From contig JALOOG010000024.1 of NCBI GenBank assembly GCA_025454525.1, positions 2,004 to 66,003 of the forward strand: a stretch of DNA of 64,000 nucleotides, read 5' to 3'. This document shows, piece after piece, positions 56,247 through 64,000 of the stretch (the first letter of the stretch is position 1; each line of letters begins with the position of its first letter). The position numbers were made by a program, and so were the translations under genes. The stretch is from Anaerolineae bacterium (GTDB taxonomy: Bacteria > Chloroflexota > Anaerolineae > Aggregatilineales > Phototrophicaceae). The notes beneath the pieces are model-generated. The model had not been told where the DNA came from. It saw only the letters and a program-made list of their open reading frames with translations, and made no database searches.

Positions 56247-56636
56247 ATGCCGTATCAAGTCCAATGGGAAATACCGGAGTCGATCTTACGTGTGCGTTTA
56301 TGGGGTCATGTCACCCTTGAAGACTTTATTGCTATCAATCACTTGATCAATGAAGCGATCGCCATGCTCACACCAGAGACTCAAGTTTCGTTGCTGGTGG
56401 ATGTCAACGAGGCCCATAGCGTGCCACAAACGTTTAATGACCTAAAAGCGTCACAGACCTATGCCCGTGCGTCTAATTCACGCATCAAGTACATTTTGGT
56501 GGTGTGTGGGAATAACAAGCTACTCCGCTTGATGATGTTGCTGATCTTTAACTTGGCCCGGCCAAGCTTGCAATTTTTTGATACGCCGGTACAAGCGCTC
56601 TCGTTTATGTCGATTGTCAACCGGGCGCGCACTTGA
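56247..56636 (+). CDS. Hypothetical protein, possibly STAS-like (anti-sigma-antagonist fold)
   Basis: Last gene of the HK-RR-RR cluster. The pattern ILRVRLWGHVTLEDF...QVSLLVDVNEA loosely resembles SpoIIAA/STAS. Weak. Confidence 0.35.
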   Translation: MPYQVQWEIPESILRVRLWGHVTLEDFIAINHLINEAIAMLTPETQVSLLVDVNEAHSVPQTFNDLKASQTYARASNSRIKYILVVCGNNKLLRLMMLLIFNLARPSLQFFDTPVQALSFMSIVNRART

Positions 56637-56644
56637 GCTAAAAT

Positions 56645-56675
56645 TAAAAATCCCCCGTTAGGGGGATTTTGTTTT
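56645..56675. terminator. Bidirectional rho-independent terminator
   Basis: AAAATCCCCC-gtta-GGGGGATTTTGTTTT. It has an A-tract upstream and a T-tract downstream, between convergent genes. Confidence 0.8.
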
Positions 56676-56694
56676 AGGGCTTAAAACCTAAATT

Positions 56695-57048
56695 CTATTG
56701 GTTTTGCAGGGCCAGCATCGACAACTTCTTGAAGGTGTCCGCGTCATGCACCGCGATCTCCGATAACATCTTCCGGTTCAGATCCACGCCCGCTTTTTTC
56801 AGGCCATAAATCAAACGGCTATAGGTCAAGTTATTCAGACGAGCGGCCGCATTGATCCGAATGATCCACAATTCACGCAATTTGCGAGAACGTGCGCGCC
56901 GATCGCGATACGAATAGAACAGGCTTTTGAGCATCGCTTCATTGGAGCGCTTCCACAAGCGACCGCGTGAACCGTATTGCCCCTTCACCATTTTACGAAT
57001 TTTGTTGTGATGACGACGACGTACAAACCCAGTTTTTGTTCTTGCCAT
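56695..57048 (-). CDS. rplT: 50S ribosomal protein L20
   Basis: MARTKTGFVRRRHHNKIRKMVKGQYG..., the conserved L20 sequence. Confidence 0.95.
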   Translation of the reverse strand: MARTKTGFVRRRHHNKIRKMVKGQYGSRGRLWKRSNEAMLKSLFYSYRDRRARSRKLRELWIIRINAAARLNNLTYSRLIYGLKKAGVDLNRKMLSEIAVHDADTFKKLSMLALQNQ

Positions 57049-57143
57049 GATTGATACTCCTTATCAACTTAAATCCGCCCGGAGGAGTTCTGGCGACTCT
57101 CGCGGACGGGTGATCACCTGATTAGTAGGGTGCTTCAGCGTGG

Positions 57144-57179
57144 CAAAAAAGACCCGGTGCGTTACAAGACGCGCCGGGT
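57144..57179 (-). terminator. Intrinsic terminator or attenuator hairpin in the rpmI-rplT spacer
   Basis: Minus-strand stem CCCGGCGCGT/ACGCACCGGG (one mismatch) followed by TCTTTTTTG. It sits within an unusually long 160-nt spacer. Confidence 0.5.
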
Positions 57180-57209
57180 AGCTTTGGAACTGGCCACGCT
57201 ACGATCCAT

Positions 57210-57443
57210 TTAGGCCGGGGGATTCGCTTTGTATTTGCGAAGATACGGCGCAAGACGGCGTACACGACGCACATCGGCTGGAGAGACCTCTTGCATCTTA
57301 TCGAATTGCCGTTTGGTACGGGAAGGCGAACGGCGGCGCAAATGGCTTTTGCCACCTTTCGTCCGTAAAATTTTACCCGTGGCCGTCATGCGAAAGCGTT
57401 TCGCTGTCGCCTTATGTGTCTTGAGTTTGTATTTTTTACCCAC
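57210..57443 (-). CDS. rpmI: 50S ribosomal protein L35
   Basis: MGKKYKLKTHKATAKRFRMTATGKILRTKGGKSHLRR, the L35 consensus. Confidence 0.9.
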   Translation of the reverse strand: MGKKYKLKTHKATAKRFRMTATGKILRTKGGKSHLRRRSPSRTKRQFDKMQEVSPADVRRVRRLAPYLRKYKANPPA

Positions 57444-57502
57444 GTTCGTAACTCCGAATCAACGCTGAATCAGCGTGTATTAATGATGAGGACTCGTTTA
57501 AG

Positions 57503-58030
57503 CTAGGTCTTTTTTTCCGATTGCGGCGCAAGGGTCATGAACATCGTACTGCCTTCTAACATCGGCGCTTGTTCTACTTGGGCCACGTCTTTGAGTTCTT
57601 CGGCAATGTTCAGCAGCCGGTCACGCCCCAACTCTGGATGCAAATTTTGACGGCCTTTAAACTTGATGCTAAAGCGCACCTTCATGCCGTCCACGATCCA
57701 CCCGCGTGCATCGCGAATCTTAAAACCAAGATGATGATCATCAATGGAAGGGGTCAAACGAATTTGTTTGACTTCGATCACCTTTTGCTGTTTGCGCGCT
57801 TTGCGTTCCCGACGTTGTTTTTCGTATTGGAACTTGCCAAAGTCCATGATACGACAGACGGGTGGGGTTGCGTCTGGCGCAACTTCTACCAAGTCGAGTT
57901 GCATCTGTTCAGCCAACTCGATCGCTTTATTCAGCGGCACTACGCCAAGGTTTTCTTTGCTTTCATCAATAATCAGGCGGACTTCACGCGCTCTAATTTG
58001 TCGGTTGATGCGGTATTCCGGGTTGTTAAT
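57503..58030 (-). CDS. infC: Translation initiation factor IF-3, with a non-AUG (AUU) start codon
   Basis: The track ORF (from ATG 57940) lacks the N-terminal domain. The in-frame upstream extension encodes INNPEYRINRQIRAREVRLIDESKENLGVVP (IF3 N-terminus). ATT at 58028-58030 has RBS GAGAGGA 7 nt upstream. Confidence 0.85.
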   Translation of the reverse strand: MNNPEYRINRQIRAREVRLIIDESKENLGVVPLNKAIELAEQMQLDLVEVAPDATPPVCRIMDFGKFQYEKQRRERKARKQQKVIEVKQIRLTPSIDDHHLGFKIRDARGWIVDGMKVRFSIKFKGRQNLHPELGRDRLLNIAEELKDVAQVEQAPMLEGSTMFMTLAPQSEKKT

Positions 58031-58145
58031 ATAAAATTCCTCTCTGCTGATTTACCGTGCATAATGCCGCAAAAGTTTATCACACGCTTAAGGGCGAGTC
58101 AACACAAACTCTGGTTCAAAAAAGGGCATTTTTAGGCATTGAACC

Positions 58146-58514
58146 TCAAAATGAGTTGATCGGGATCAAATTACCTTGTATTAAATTCGCAATCGGGCTG
58201 CCTTTAAGGGCAAAGTGGCGCACATCTTCTAAGGCACGTTGAAACAATCCTAAAAGTTCTTCATCTGTCCCTTTAAAGCGGCGGATCGTTTGTTGCGCGC
58301 AAGAACAACAGCCCCGCATGGCGCGATAGCTATCCGTCTCGCACGGGACACATCCGTTTAATTGGATCATCATCATCATAAATGCGAGGTGTTCTTCATG
58401 ACATTCGGGCAGGTTAAACACCCGTTCGATCAGATCGTCCCATTCTTTTCCACGCAGACCACGTAATGATGGGATCACCTGACGGGGGAATAACAATGCG
58501 TTTTCCGTGTACAT
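58146..58514 (-). CDS. Cys-rich hypothetical protein (122 aa; C-x16-C-x2-C ... C-C-x-C)
   Basis: ORF with RBS GAGGCAGGG. Six cysteines are clustered (LNGCVPCETD...RGCCSCAQQ). Possible metal-binding. Confidence 0.45.
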   Translation of the reverse strand: MYTENALLFPRQVIPSLRGLRGKEWDDLIERVFNLPECHEEHLAFMMMMIQLNGCVPCETDSYRAMRGCCSCAQQTIRRFKGTDEELLGLFQRALEDVRHFALKGSPIANLIQGNLIPINSF

Positions 58515-58547
58515 ACCCTGCCTCTTTTCAGATTCTTCTCATCCGTT

Positions 58548-58564
58548 GTGACAAGTTTTGTCAC
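58548..58564. promoter_or_regulatory. Palindromic candidate operator GTGACAA-gtt-TTGTCAC upstream of the Cys-rich protein gene
   Basis: Perfect 7-bp inverted repeat with a 3-bp spacer, 34-50 nt upstream of the start codon at 58514. Confidence 0.3.
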
Positions 58565-58756
58565 TTTTCAGCATAGGCTTAAAGAATGTCTGTCAGAATA
58601 GGACTTACGTACTAATCTCCGTTTAATTTACGTTTCTAACTTTGGGGAGCGTTTCAGCGGTGCGTTAAATTGTCAATAAGCGTGTGAGCGGATCATTATT
58701 TTTTCTCTTTCTTTGGCGTAAGTAAAGAAGGGTGAAAAATAGGATAGGGTTTACCC

Positions 58757-59257
58757 TTGGGCATGATGGTTTCTTTACCCCATTGTATCCAATCGTTTTT
58801 AACGCCTTCTAGATTTGCCTCCGAAAAAGTTACAATAGAGAAAATCGCACATAATCGAAAGCGTAAACGGATGATCTGGCAATTTGTACTCGCGGGGTTG
58901 ATCGCTGCCTTAGCTGCATTAATGCATGGTGGTTTTGGCGAAAAAACCAACATCAAACACTTGTGGCAAGCGGAGAGCGTCCCGCTCAACGAAAAATTAG
59001 AGTTACGCGCTACTTGGCACAGCTTTACCGCGATTTTTATGCTCACCGCCATTGCTCTAGGGTGGATCGCCTTGCCCGGTCAAGTGGAGCAGGCGCGGAT
59101 GATCGCACATCTCATCGCGATCATTTATGGTGCGACCGGCCTCGCATTTCTGATCGTGGCGATCCACGGCCGACAAGCGTTAAAAGTGCCACAATGGGGC
59201 CTGTTATTTGTGATCGCCGCTTTGACCTTGTGGGGATCGGGGCAAATTTTCTCTTGA
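58757..59257 (+). CDS. Hypothetical membrane protein (4 TM)
   Basis: Hydrophobic helices. The probable start is MIWQFVLAGL (about 58874). Confidence 0.45.
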   Translation: MGMMVSLPHCIQSFLTPSRFASEKVTIEKIAHNRKRKRMIWQFVLAGLIAALAALMHGGFGEKTNIKHLWQAESVPLNEKLELRATWHSFTAIFMLTAIALGWIALPGQVEQARMIAHLIAIIYGATGLAFLIVAIHGRQALKVPQWGLLFVIAALTLWGSGQIFS

Positions 59258-59314
59258 GGCTTTGGGATCGCTCCGATACACTGATGAGCGATCGTTGACA
59301 TAGAGGTTATTCCG

Positions 59315-60151
59315 ATGAAATTTTCCACTATCAAGGCGTTGATCTGCGACATGGACGGGGTGCTATGGCGCGGTGAGCAAGCGTTACCCGGCCTGTTAGC
59401 GTTATTCGCATGGCTCACCGAACGTCAGATCCCGTATATTTTGGCCACCAATAACAGCGGCACGACACCTGAAGAATATGTCGCAAAATTAGCGCGCTTG
59501 GGGGTTGACGGCGTAACCCCTGATCACATCGTCACCTCCGCGATCGCCACGGCCGATTATATGCGCGCCCGTTATCCGGCCGGTACACGGGTGTATTTGA
59601 TCGGGATGAACGGGATTCGAGAAGCATTGATCGACTCTGGTTTTGATCTGGACGATGATCCCACAGAACGGGCGCAAGTGGTCGTCTGTGGGATCGATTT
59701 TGACCTCACCTATCAAAAATTGAAACGCGCTACGATCCACCTTCGGTACGGCGCAGATTTCATCGGTACAAACGCCGATCGCACATTTCCTCATGCGGAC
59801 GGGATCATCCCCGGCGCGGGGAGTCTGTTAGCGGCGTTGCAAACCGCGTCCGATCGCGCCCCGACGATCATCGGCAAGCCGTACCCTGCCATGTTTGAGG
59901 CGGCCTTAGCACGACTCGGCACCACCGCAACACAAACCCTGATGATCGGCGATCGCTTGGATACCGACATTCAAGGCGCGCAAGCCTTAGGGATCGCGAC
60001 CGCGTTGGTATTCACCGGAGTCACCCAACCTAGCGACATGATCAGCAGTCAAGCTTGGGCGGATGTCGCTTATGAGGATCTCGCATCACTCGTCCGCGCT
60101 TGGGCCGGTGACGAATGGTATCGCGCCCAAATCAAGGCCCAGCGAGGATAA
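59315..60151 (+). CDS. HAD-superfamily subfamily IIA hydrolase (NagD-like sugar phosphatase)
   Basis: Motif I LICDMDGVLW. HAD-IIA layout with C-terminal GDRLDTDI. Confidence 0.85.
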   Translation: MKFSTIKALICDMDGVLWRGEQALPGLLALFAWLTERQIPYILATNNSGTTPEEYVAKLARLGVDGVTPDHIVTSAIATADYMRARYPAGTRVYLIGMNGIREALIDSGFDLDDDPTERAQVVVCGIDFDLTYQKLKRATIHLRYGADFIGTNADRTFPHADGIIPGAGSLLAALQTASDRAPTIIGKPYPAMFEAALARLGTTATQTLMIGDRLDTDIQGAQALGIATALVFTGVTQPSDMISSQAWADVAYEDLASLVRAWAGDEWYRAQIKAQRG

Positions 60152-60156
60152 AGCGG

Positions 60157-61083
60157 ATGTTAAATCGACGCGATCTGCTCACCGGATTGGGGGCGGGGGT
60201 CATTTTGGCATCTTTACGCCTCCCGATGCGCGCACAAACCCGTTTAGAGCGCGATTTGTTGGACATTATCGGCGATCAAACGATTGGTTTCGATCTCCGA
60301 CAACTGGACGATCAACAACAAGTGATCATGCAGATCCAGCACAACGCGGATCAACGCTATCCGGTGGCCAGTTGTTTTAAAGCGTTTGTGGTCTTTTACT
60401 ATTTTTGGCACACCCCGATCGCCCGTTGGCAAGTCGATCGGGAATCGGCGGCGTATCGGGTCGCTGTGTTTAGCGACAATGTGCAGACCGGTTTTTTGAT
60501 CCGCGATGTGGGTGAAAATGTCGATGTGTATGGCAACGCCTTGCAAAAATTCAACGATTGTCTGCTCTATGACATCGGCATGAGTGAAGGCATTTACACT
60601 TGGGATTGGCCCGGCAACCCGCTAATCGGATTCGCCGATGATCGGTTTGCTCCGTCGGAGGCGCGGGTGATCACCTTGCGCGGTGAAACCCATAGCGCCG
60701 ATAACCTCACCACCGCGCAAGATCTCGCACGCGGTTATACATTTTTGGCACAGGCGGCCGACGGGGCGTTACCGCCGAATCCGTTGCAACCGAAATATGA
60801 TTTTGAGCGCGCCCAACGGGCCGCCCAAGCCACACTTGACCTGTTAGCGATCCCCGCCGCAAATTATCGTTCTCCTTTGGAGCGTGCTGGATGGATGCCG
60901 TATATTGGCAAAGATGGCATCTTGCCACGCGGGGATCTAAGCGTGGGCAATGTGGTCAATGACGCGGGCTTGATCACGCAAGACGAAACGCGCTATGTGA
61001 TCGCGTATCTATCGGTGGGACAAACCGAATACAGTGCGATCAACACGTTGACCGCAATGGCGGAACGCATGAGAGCGGGTTAA
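60157..61083 (+). CDS. Tat-secreted serine hydrolase related to class A beta-lactamases
   Basis: Twin-arginine signal NRRDLLTGLGAGVILA. S-x-x-K motif ASCFK. SDN motif VFSDN. Confidence 0.65.
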   Translation: MLNRRDLLTGLGAGVILASLRLPMRAQTRLERDLLDIIGDQTIGFDLRQLDDQQQVIMQIQHNADQRYPVASCFKAFVVFYYFWHTPIARWQVDRESAAYRVAVFSDNVQTGFLIRDVGENVDVYGNALQKFNDCLLYDIGMSEGIYTWDWPGNPLIGFADDRFAPSEARVITLRGETHSADNLTTAQDLARGYTFLAQAADGALPPNPLQPKYDFERAQRAAQATLDLLAIPAANYRSPLERAGWMPYIGKDGILPRGDLSVGNVVNDAGLITQDETRYVIAYLSVGQTEYSAINTLTAMAERMRAG

Positions 61084-61092
61084 GTGATCGGA

Positions 61093-61602
61093 TCAACAGA
61101 GTAGTGCTACTTGAAAATCACGTAATTGTCGTTCGGGTCGATAATCAGCGATCAACGCATAAGGTTGGGTAATATCTTCTTGGTGTTGCTGATACTCTGC
61201 ACATTCAGACGCTCGCACTCTCAAACGGAAACCGACTCGCGCCAGAAGATACGTTGTTCTCGCTCCCACCGTGATCGATTCGCTTAATGCAAACCGTCCA
61301 TTTGGATCGGTTATCAGGTCATAGGTGGTCTCATGACGTTGTGTTGGGCAGAGAAAATCAGTTTCGATGATCGTGATCGAAACATGGGCATCGCGAATGG
61401 GTTGCGCGGTTTGCAGATCGGTTACATACCCTTCTAAGATTGTGTCGTACTGAATATCATAGAAGGGGCGTACTTCTGTATTTCCAGGGCCTACCATGCT
61501 GGACTCACATTGCAACCAACGGATGAGCGGTAGCAAAACTGTAGCGCTACAAATAACCCCGATCATGCCCCCGATCGCATAAATCAGTTTACGTTTTGGC
61601 AT
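61093..61602 (-). CDS. Membrane-anchored protein with a carboxypeptidase-regulatory-like (transthyretin-like) domain
   Basis: N-terminal TM helix. EGYVTDLQTAQPIRDAHVSI...TDPNGRFAL matches the CarboxypepD_reg pattern. Confidence 0.4.
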   Translation of the reverse strand: MPKRKLIYAIGGMIGVICSATVLLPLIRWLQCESSMVGPGNTEVRPFYDIQYDTILEGYVTDLQTAQPIRDAHVSITIIETDFLCPTQRHETTYDLITDPNGRFALSESITVGARTTYLLARVGFRLRVRASECAEYQQHQEDITQPYALIADYRPERQLRDFQVALLC

Positions 61603-61623
61603 GGTGTCTCTCTTTTCTCTTCT

Positions 61624-64000
61624 CTAACGAATGCTCACGCGGCTGCCATTAGAGGTTTTATCGACCATGATATGCACCGGAAACGAGTCGCGTAGATCAT
61701 CGATATGGGTGATCACCAAGATCAGGTCAAACTCATCTTGAATCGCGGTGATTGCTTCGACCAATTTGTTACGGCCTTCATCATCTTGTGTGCCGAACCC
61801 CTCATCAATAAACAGCGTCCGCAAATGTGCGCCGGCCCGTCGTGCTAACAATTGTGAGAGCGCCACCCGGATCGCAAAGTTGATCCGAAACGCTTCCCCG
61901 CCGCTGTATAACTCGTAGTTGCGCGTGCCAAGTTCATCGGCGATCTCAATGTCTAAGGTTTCGGCGACTCCACCCGTGATCTTCTCTTTTTGTGTGTTGA
62001 GCCGTAGTGACATGCGGCCATCGGTCATGCGGGTTAAGAGATCGTTGGCGGTCTGTTCTAATTCGGGGATCGCGGTTTCAATGATCATGGCCGGAATCCC
62101 ATTTTTACCGAACGCGAGTTTGAGTTCCTTATAGAGACTTTCTTCCCGGCGCATGGTCTCACGACGCTGTTCTAATTGGATACGCCGTTGTGCTTGGGCC
62201 TCTAACGCCTCTAGGGATTGCTGAATATTGACCAATCGCTCATAGGCGGTGCGTTCACGGGTGTGTTGTTGGCGCACTTCTTCTTCGCGCTGTTGATATT
62301 CCTTGACCTGCACGATCAAACCCGCGATCGTGATCTCAACTTGGGTCAATTCTTCATCGATCTCACCGATCGCCGCTTGCAAACGTTCTTCACGCAAGCG
62401 CGCCCCTGCGATCGCATCTTCTAAGGTAGGCAATGACTCTAGCGCGATCGCTAACCGCGTCTGCAATTGTTCGTAGCGTTTAAACTCATCCAACGATCGG
62501 CGGGTTTGATCATGGGTGGATTTATCGTAGGCAAGGCTGGTTTCTTCGAGATCTAAAGCTGCCAATGCTTCACGCACATCCGGCGCAAATTGATTCAAGT
62601 CCAATTCCCCGCGCACGATCACGAGGCGCTCTTGTTCTTCGGTCAATCGCAATGCGGCTTGTTCAGCTGCGTCAATTTGTGCTTGTAACTTCCCGCCGCG
62701 TTCTAAGAGCATCGGCAATTGTTTGAGCTGACTTTCTAGCGCGGTCAACGCCGTTTTACCCGTTTTTACCAGCTTATCGATCTCGGTGATCCGGTCTTTA
62801 TGTTGACGATAATCGACACGATATTGCTCGACCTCCGCGCCTAATTGTGTGATCAAGTCGGTGCGATGCGTTGCGTCTAACGGTTGACCGCACAAGGGAC
62901 ATAACGCGGAATCGGTGCTGTTGAGTTTATCCAACCGTTCACGAAGTTCTTTGCCTATTTCCTCAAGATTTTTAAGCGCTTGATCAAGGCGGGCGCGTTC
63001 TTCGCGCAATTGTGTCTCGGTTTGATGGAGGTCATCGCGTTTTGCTTCTTGAGCGCGTAAGGCGGTGATCTCCTCTTGCACCGATTCCAGATCATCCCCG
63101 TGTGAGACGGCCAAGAGTCCCTCTAATTCGGCGATATTGCGCCGTAACGAAGAGACTTCACTCTCTAGACGGGCGCGGGCCGCGCTCAATTGGGCGTTCA
63201 ATTCGGCCCGACGTTTATCCAAGTTCATCAGATCGGTGAGTTTGGCATTCAATGATTGATCGGTATCGCGGGCGGATTGCAAAGCGGTGTAACCGTCCTC
63301 AATTTCTTGGCGCATCGCGATGATCGTGCCGTAATCCGCGATCTGTTTCTCATGACGTGCGATCTGGTCTTTGATTGATTCGAGATCACGTCCGTAATCG
63401 CGTCGCCGACGTTCAAGATCGCCCTTTTTCTCTTGGCTTGCCTTGAGTTTCGAGGGCGCGTCTTTGATCGCATCTAACAGGGTTTGCGCGGTCTGGAGGG
63501 CTTCACGGGCTTCACCATGAATCCGAGTCGCATCCGCTTGATCGCGTAACAGGGCGGGCCGCCGTTGTAATTCTTGATCAATCTCTTTGAGCCGTTGTTC
63601 AGTGGTGTTCAATTGCACTTCAAGCTGTTTAAGGTGTTCCTTTACCCGATCTTCATAGATTTCCCATTGTGCCAACCCCAAAATATCAGCAAGGATCTGC
63701 TTGCGTTTGCCGGGGGGTTGGGTGGTGAACGCATCGGCCTTGCCTTGTTGCAAAAAGGCAGAATGGATAAAGGTCTCATAATCTAACCGGAGCAAGCGAT
63801 TGATCTTCTCTTGGGTGGCGCGCATATTCGGCTCACTGATCAATTGCGGTTGTCCGTCTCCATTTAGCACAAACAGATCCAATGTCCCGGTACTGGTGCG
63901 CTTGGCGCGGGATCGGCGACGCAACACCCGATACATGATCCCTTCTTGCTCAAAGTCCAATTGCACCTGCATGTCGTTTTGGCCTTGGTGGATCAAGTCC
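61624..64000 (-). CDS. sbcC: SbcC/Rad50-like DNA repair ATPase (5'-truncated; the N-terminus with Walker A lies beyond the window end)
   Basis: Long coiled coils. Zinc-hook CPLCGQPL. ABC signature YSGGEAF. Walker B/D-loop LFIDEGFGTQD. The reading frame is still open at 64000. Confidence 0.85.
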   Translation of the reverse strand, partial: DLIHQGQNDMQVQLDFEQEGIMYRVLRRRSRAKRTSTGTLDLFVLNGDGQPQLISEPNMRATQEKINRLLRLDYETFIHSAFLQQGKADAFTTQPPGKRKQILADILGLAQWEIYEDRVKEHLKQLEVQLNTTEQRLKEIDQELQRRPALLRDQADATRIHGEAREALQTAQTLLDAIKDAPSKLKASQEKKGDLERRRRDYGRDLESIKDQIARHEKQIADYGTIIAMRQEIEDGYTALQSARDTDQSLNAKLTDLMNLDKRRAELNAQLSAARARLESEVSSLRRNIAELEGLLAVSHGDDLESVQEEITALRAQEAKRDDLHQTETQLREERARLDQALKNLEEIGKELRERLDKLNSTDSALCPLCGQPLDATHRTDLITQLGAEVEQYRVDYRQHKDRITEIDKLVKTGKTALTALESQLKQLPMLLERGGKLQAQIDAAEQAALRLTEEQERLVIVRGELDLNQFAPDVREALAALDLEETSLAYDKSTHDQTRRSLDEFKRYEQLQTRLAIALESLPTLEDAIAGARLREERLQAAIGEIDEELTQVEITIAGLIVQVKEYQQREEEVRQQHTRERTAYERLVNIQQSLEALEAQAQRRIQLEQRRETMRREESLYKELKLAFGKNGIPAMIIETAIPELEQTANDLLTRMTDGRMSLRLNTQKEKITGGVAETLDIEIADELGTRNYELYSGGEAFRINFAIRVALSQLLARRAGAHLRTLFIDEGFGTQDDEGRNKLVEAITAIQDEFDLILVITHIDDLRDSFPVHIMVDKTSNGSRVSIR

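Noticed and set aside
1-64000. Transposase, integrase, IS element or prophage genes
   Set aside because: None were recognised. The low-GC islets lack identifiable mobility genes within this window, so no mobile element is called.

Overview
64 kb of bacterial chromosome, moderately GC-rich with short low-GC islets. Gene content resembles Chloroflexota (Pro/Thr-rich linkers, NfeD-flotillin pair, STAND kinase with TPR), but the phylum call is tentative. Housekeeping genes include rho, dnaB, gltB (glutamate synthase large subunit, with propeptide), acpS, prmA, nusB, tatA/B-like, the infC-rpmI-rplT operon, a tRNA-Val(TAC) and a 5'-truncated sbcC/rad50-like gene. There is no CRISPR array, transposase or integrase. 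Three short low-GC islets look horizontally acquired. The first (about 4.7-5.9 kb) holds three translationally coupled small genes of unknown function. The second (24.55-25.65 kb) carries a PD-(D/E)xK nuclease-like gene split by a perfect 44-bp tandem duplication. The third (46.7-48.7 kb) carries a GmrSD-like (DUF262/DUF1524) type IV restriction gene with a small upstream partner. Other non-standard features: a dnaB / dnaD-like / tandem-duplicated dnaC-like operon; a Ser/Thr kinase-AAA-TPR STAND protein followed by a small paralog of its own C-terminus; a DUF429 nuclease-VOC fusion; a GH3 hydrolase with a C-terminal TM helix and zinc ribbon; infC with a non-AUG (AUU) start; and a terminator hairpin inside the rpmI-rplT spacer. 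Many antisense ORFs from the six-frame track are rejected as artefacts.
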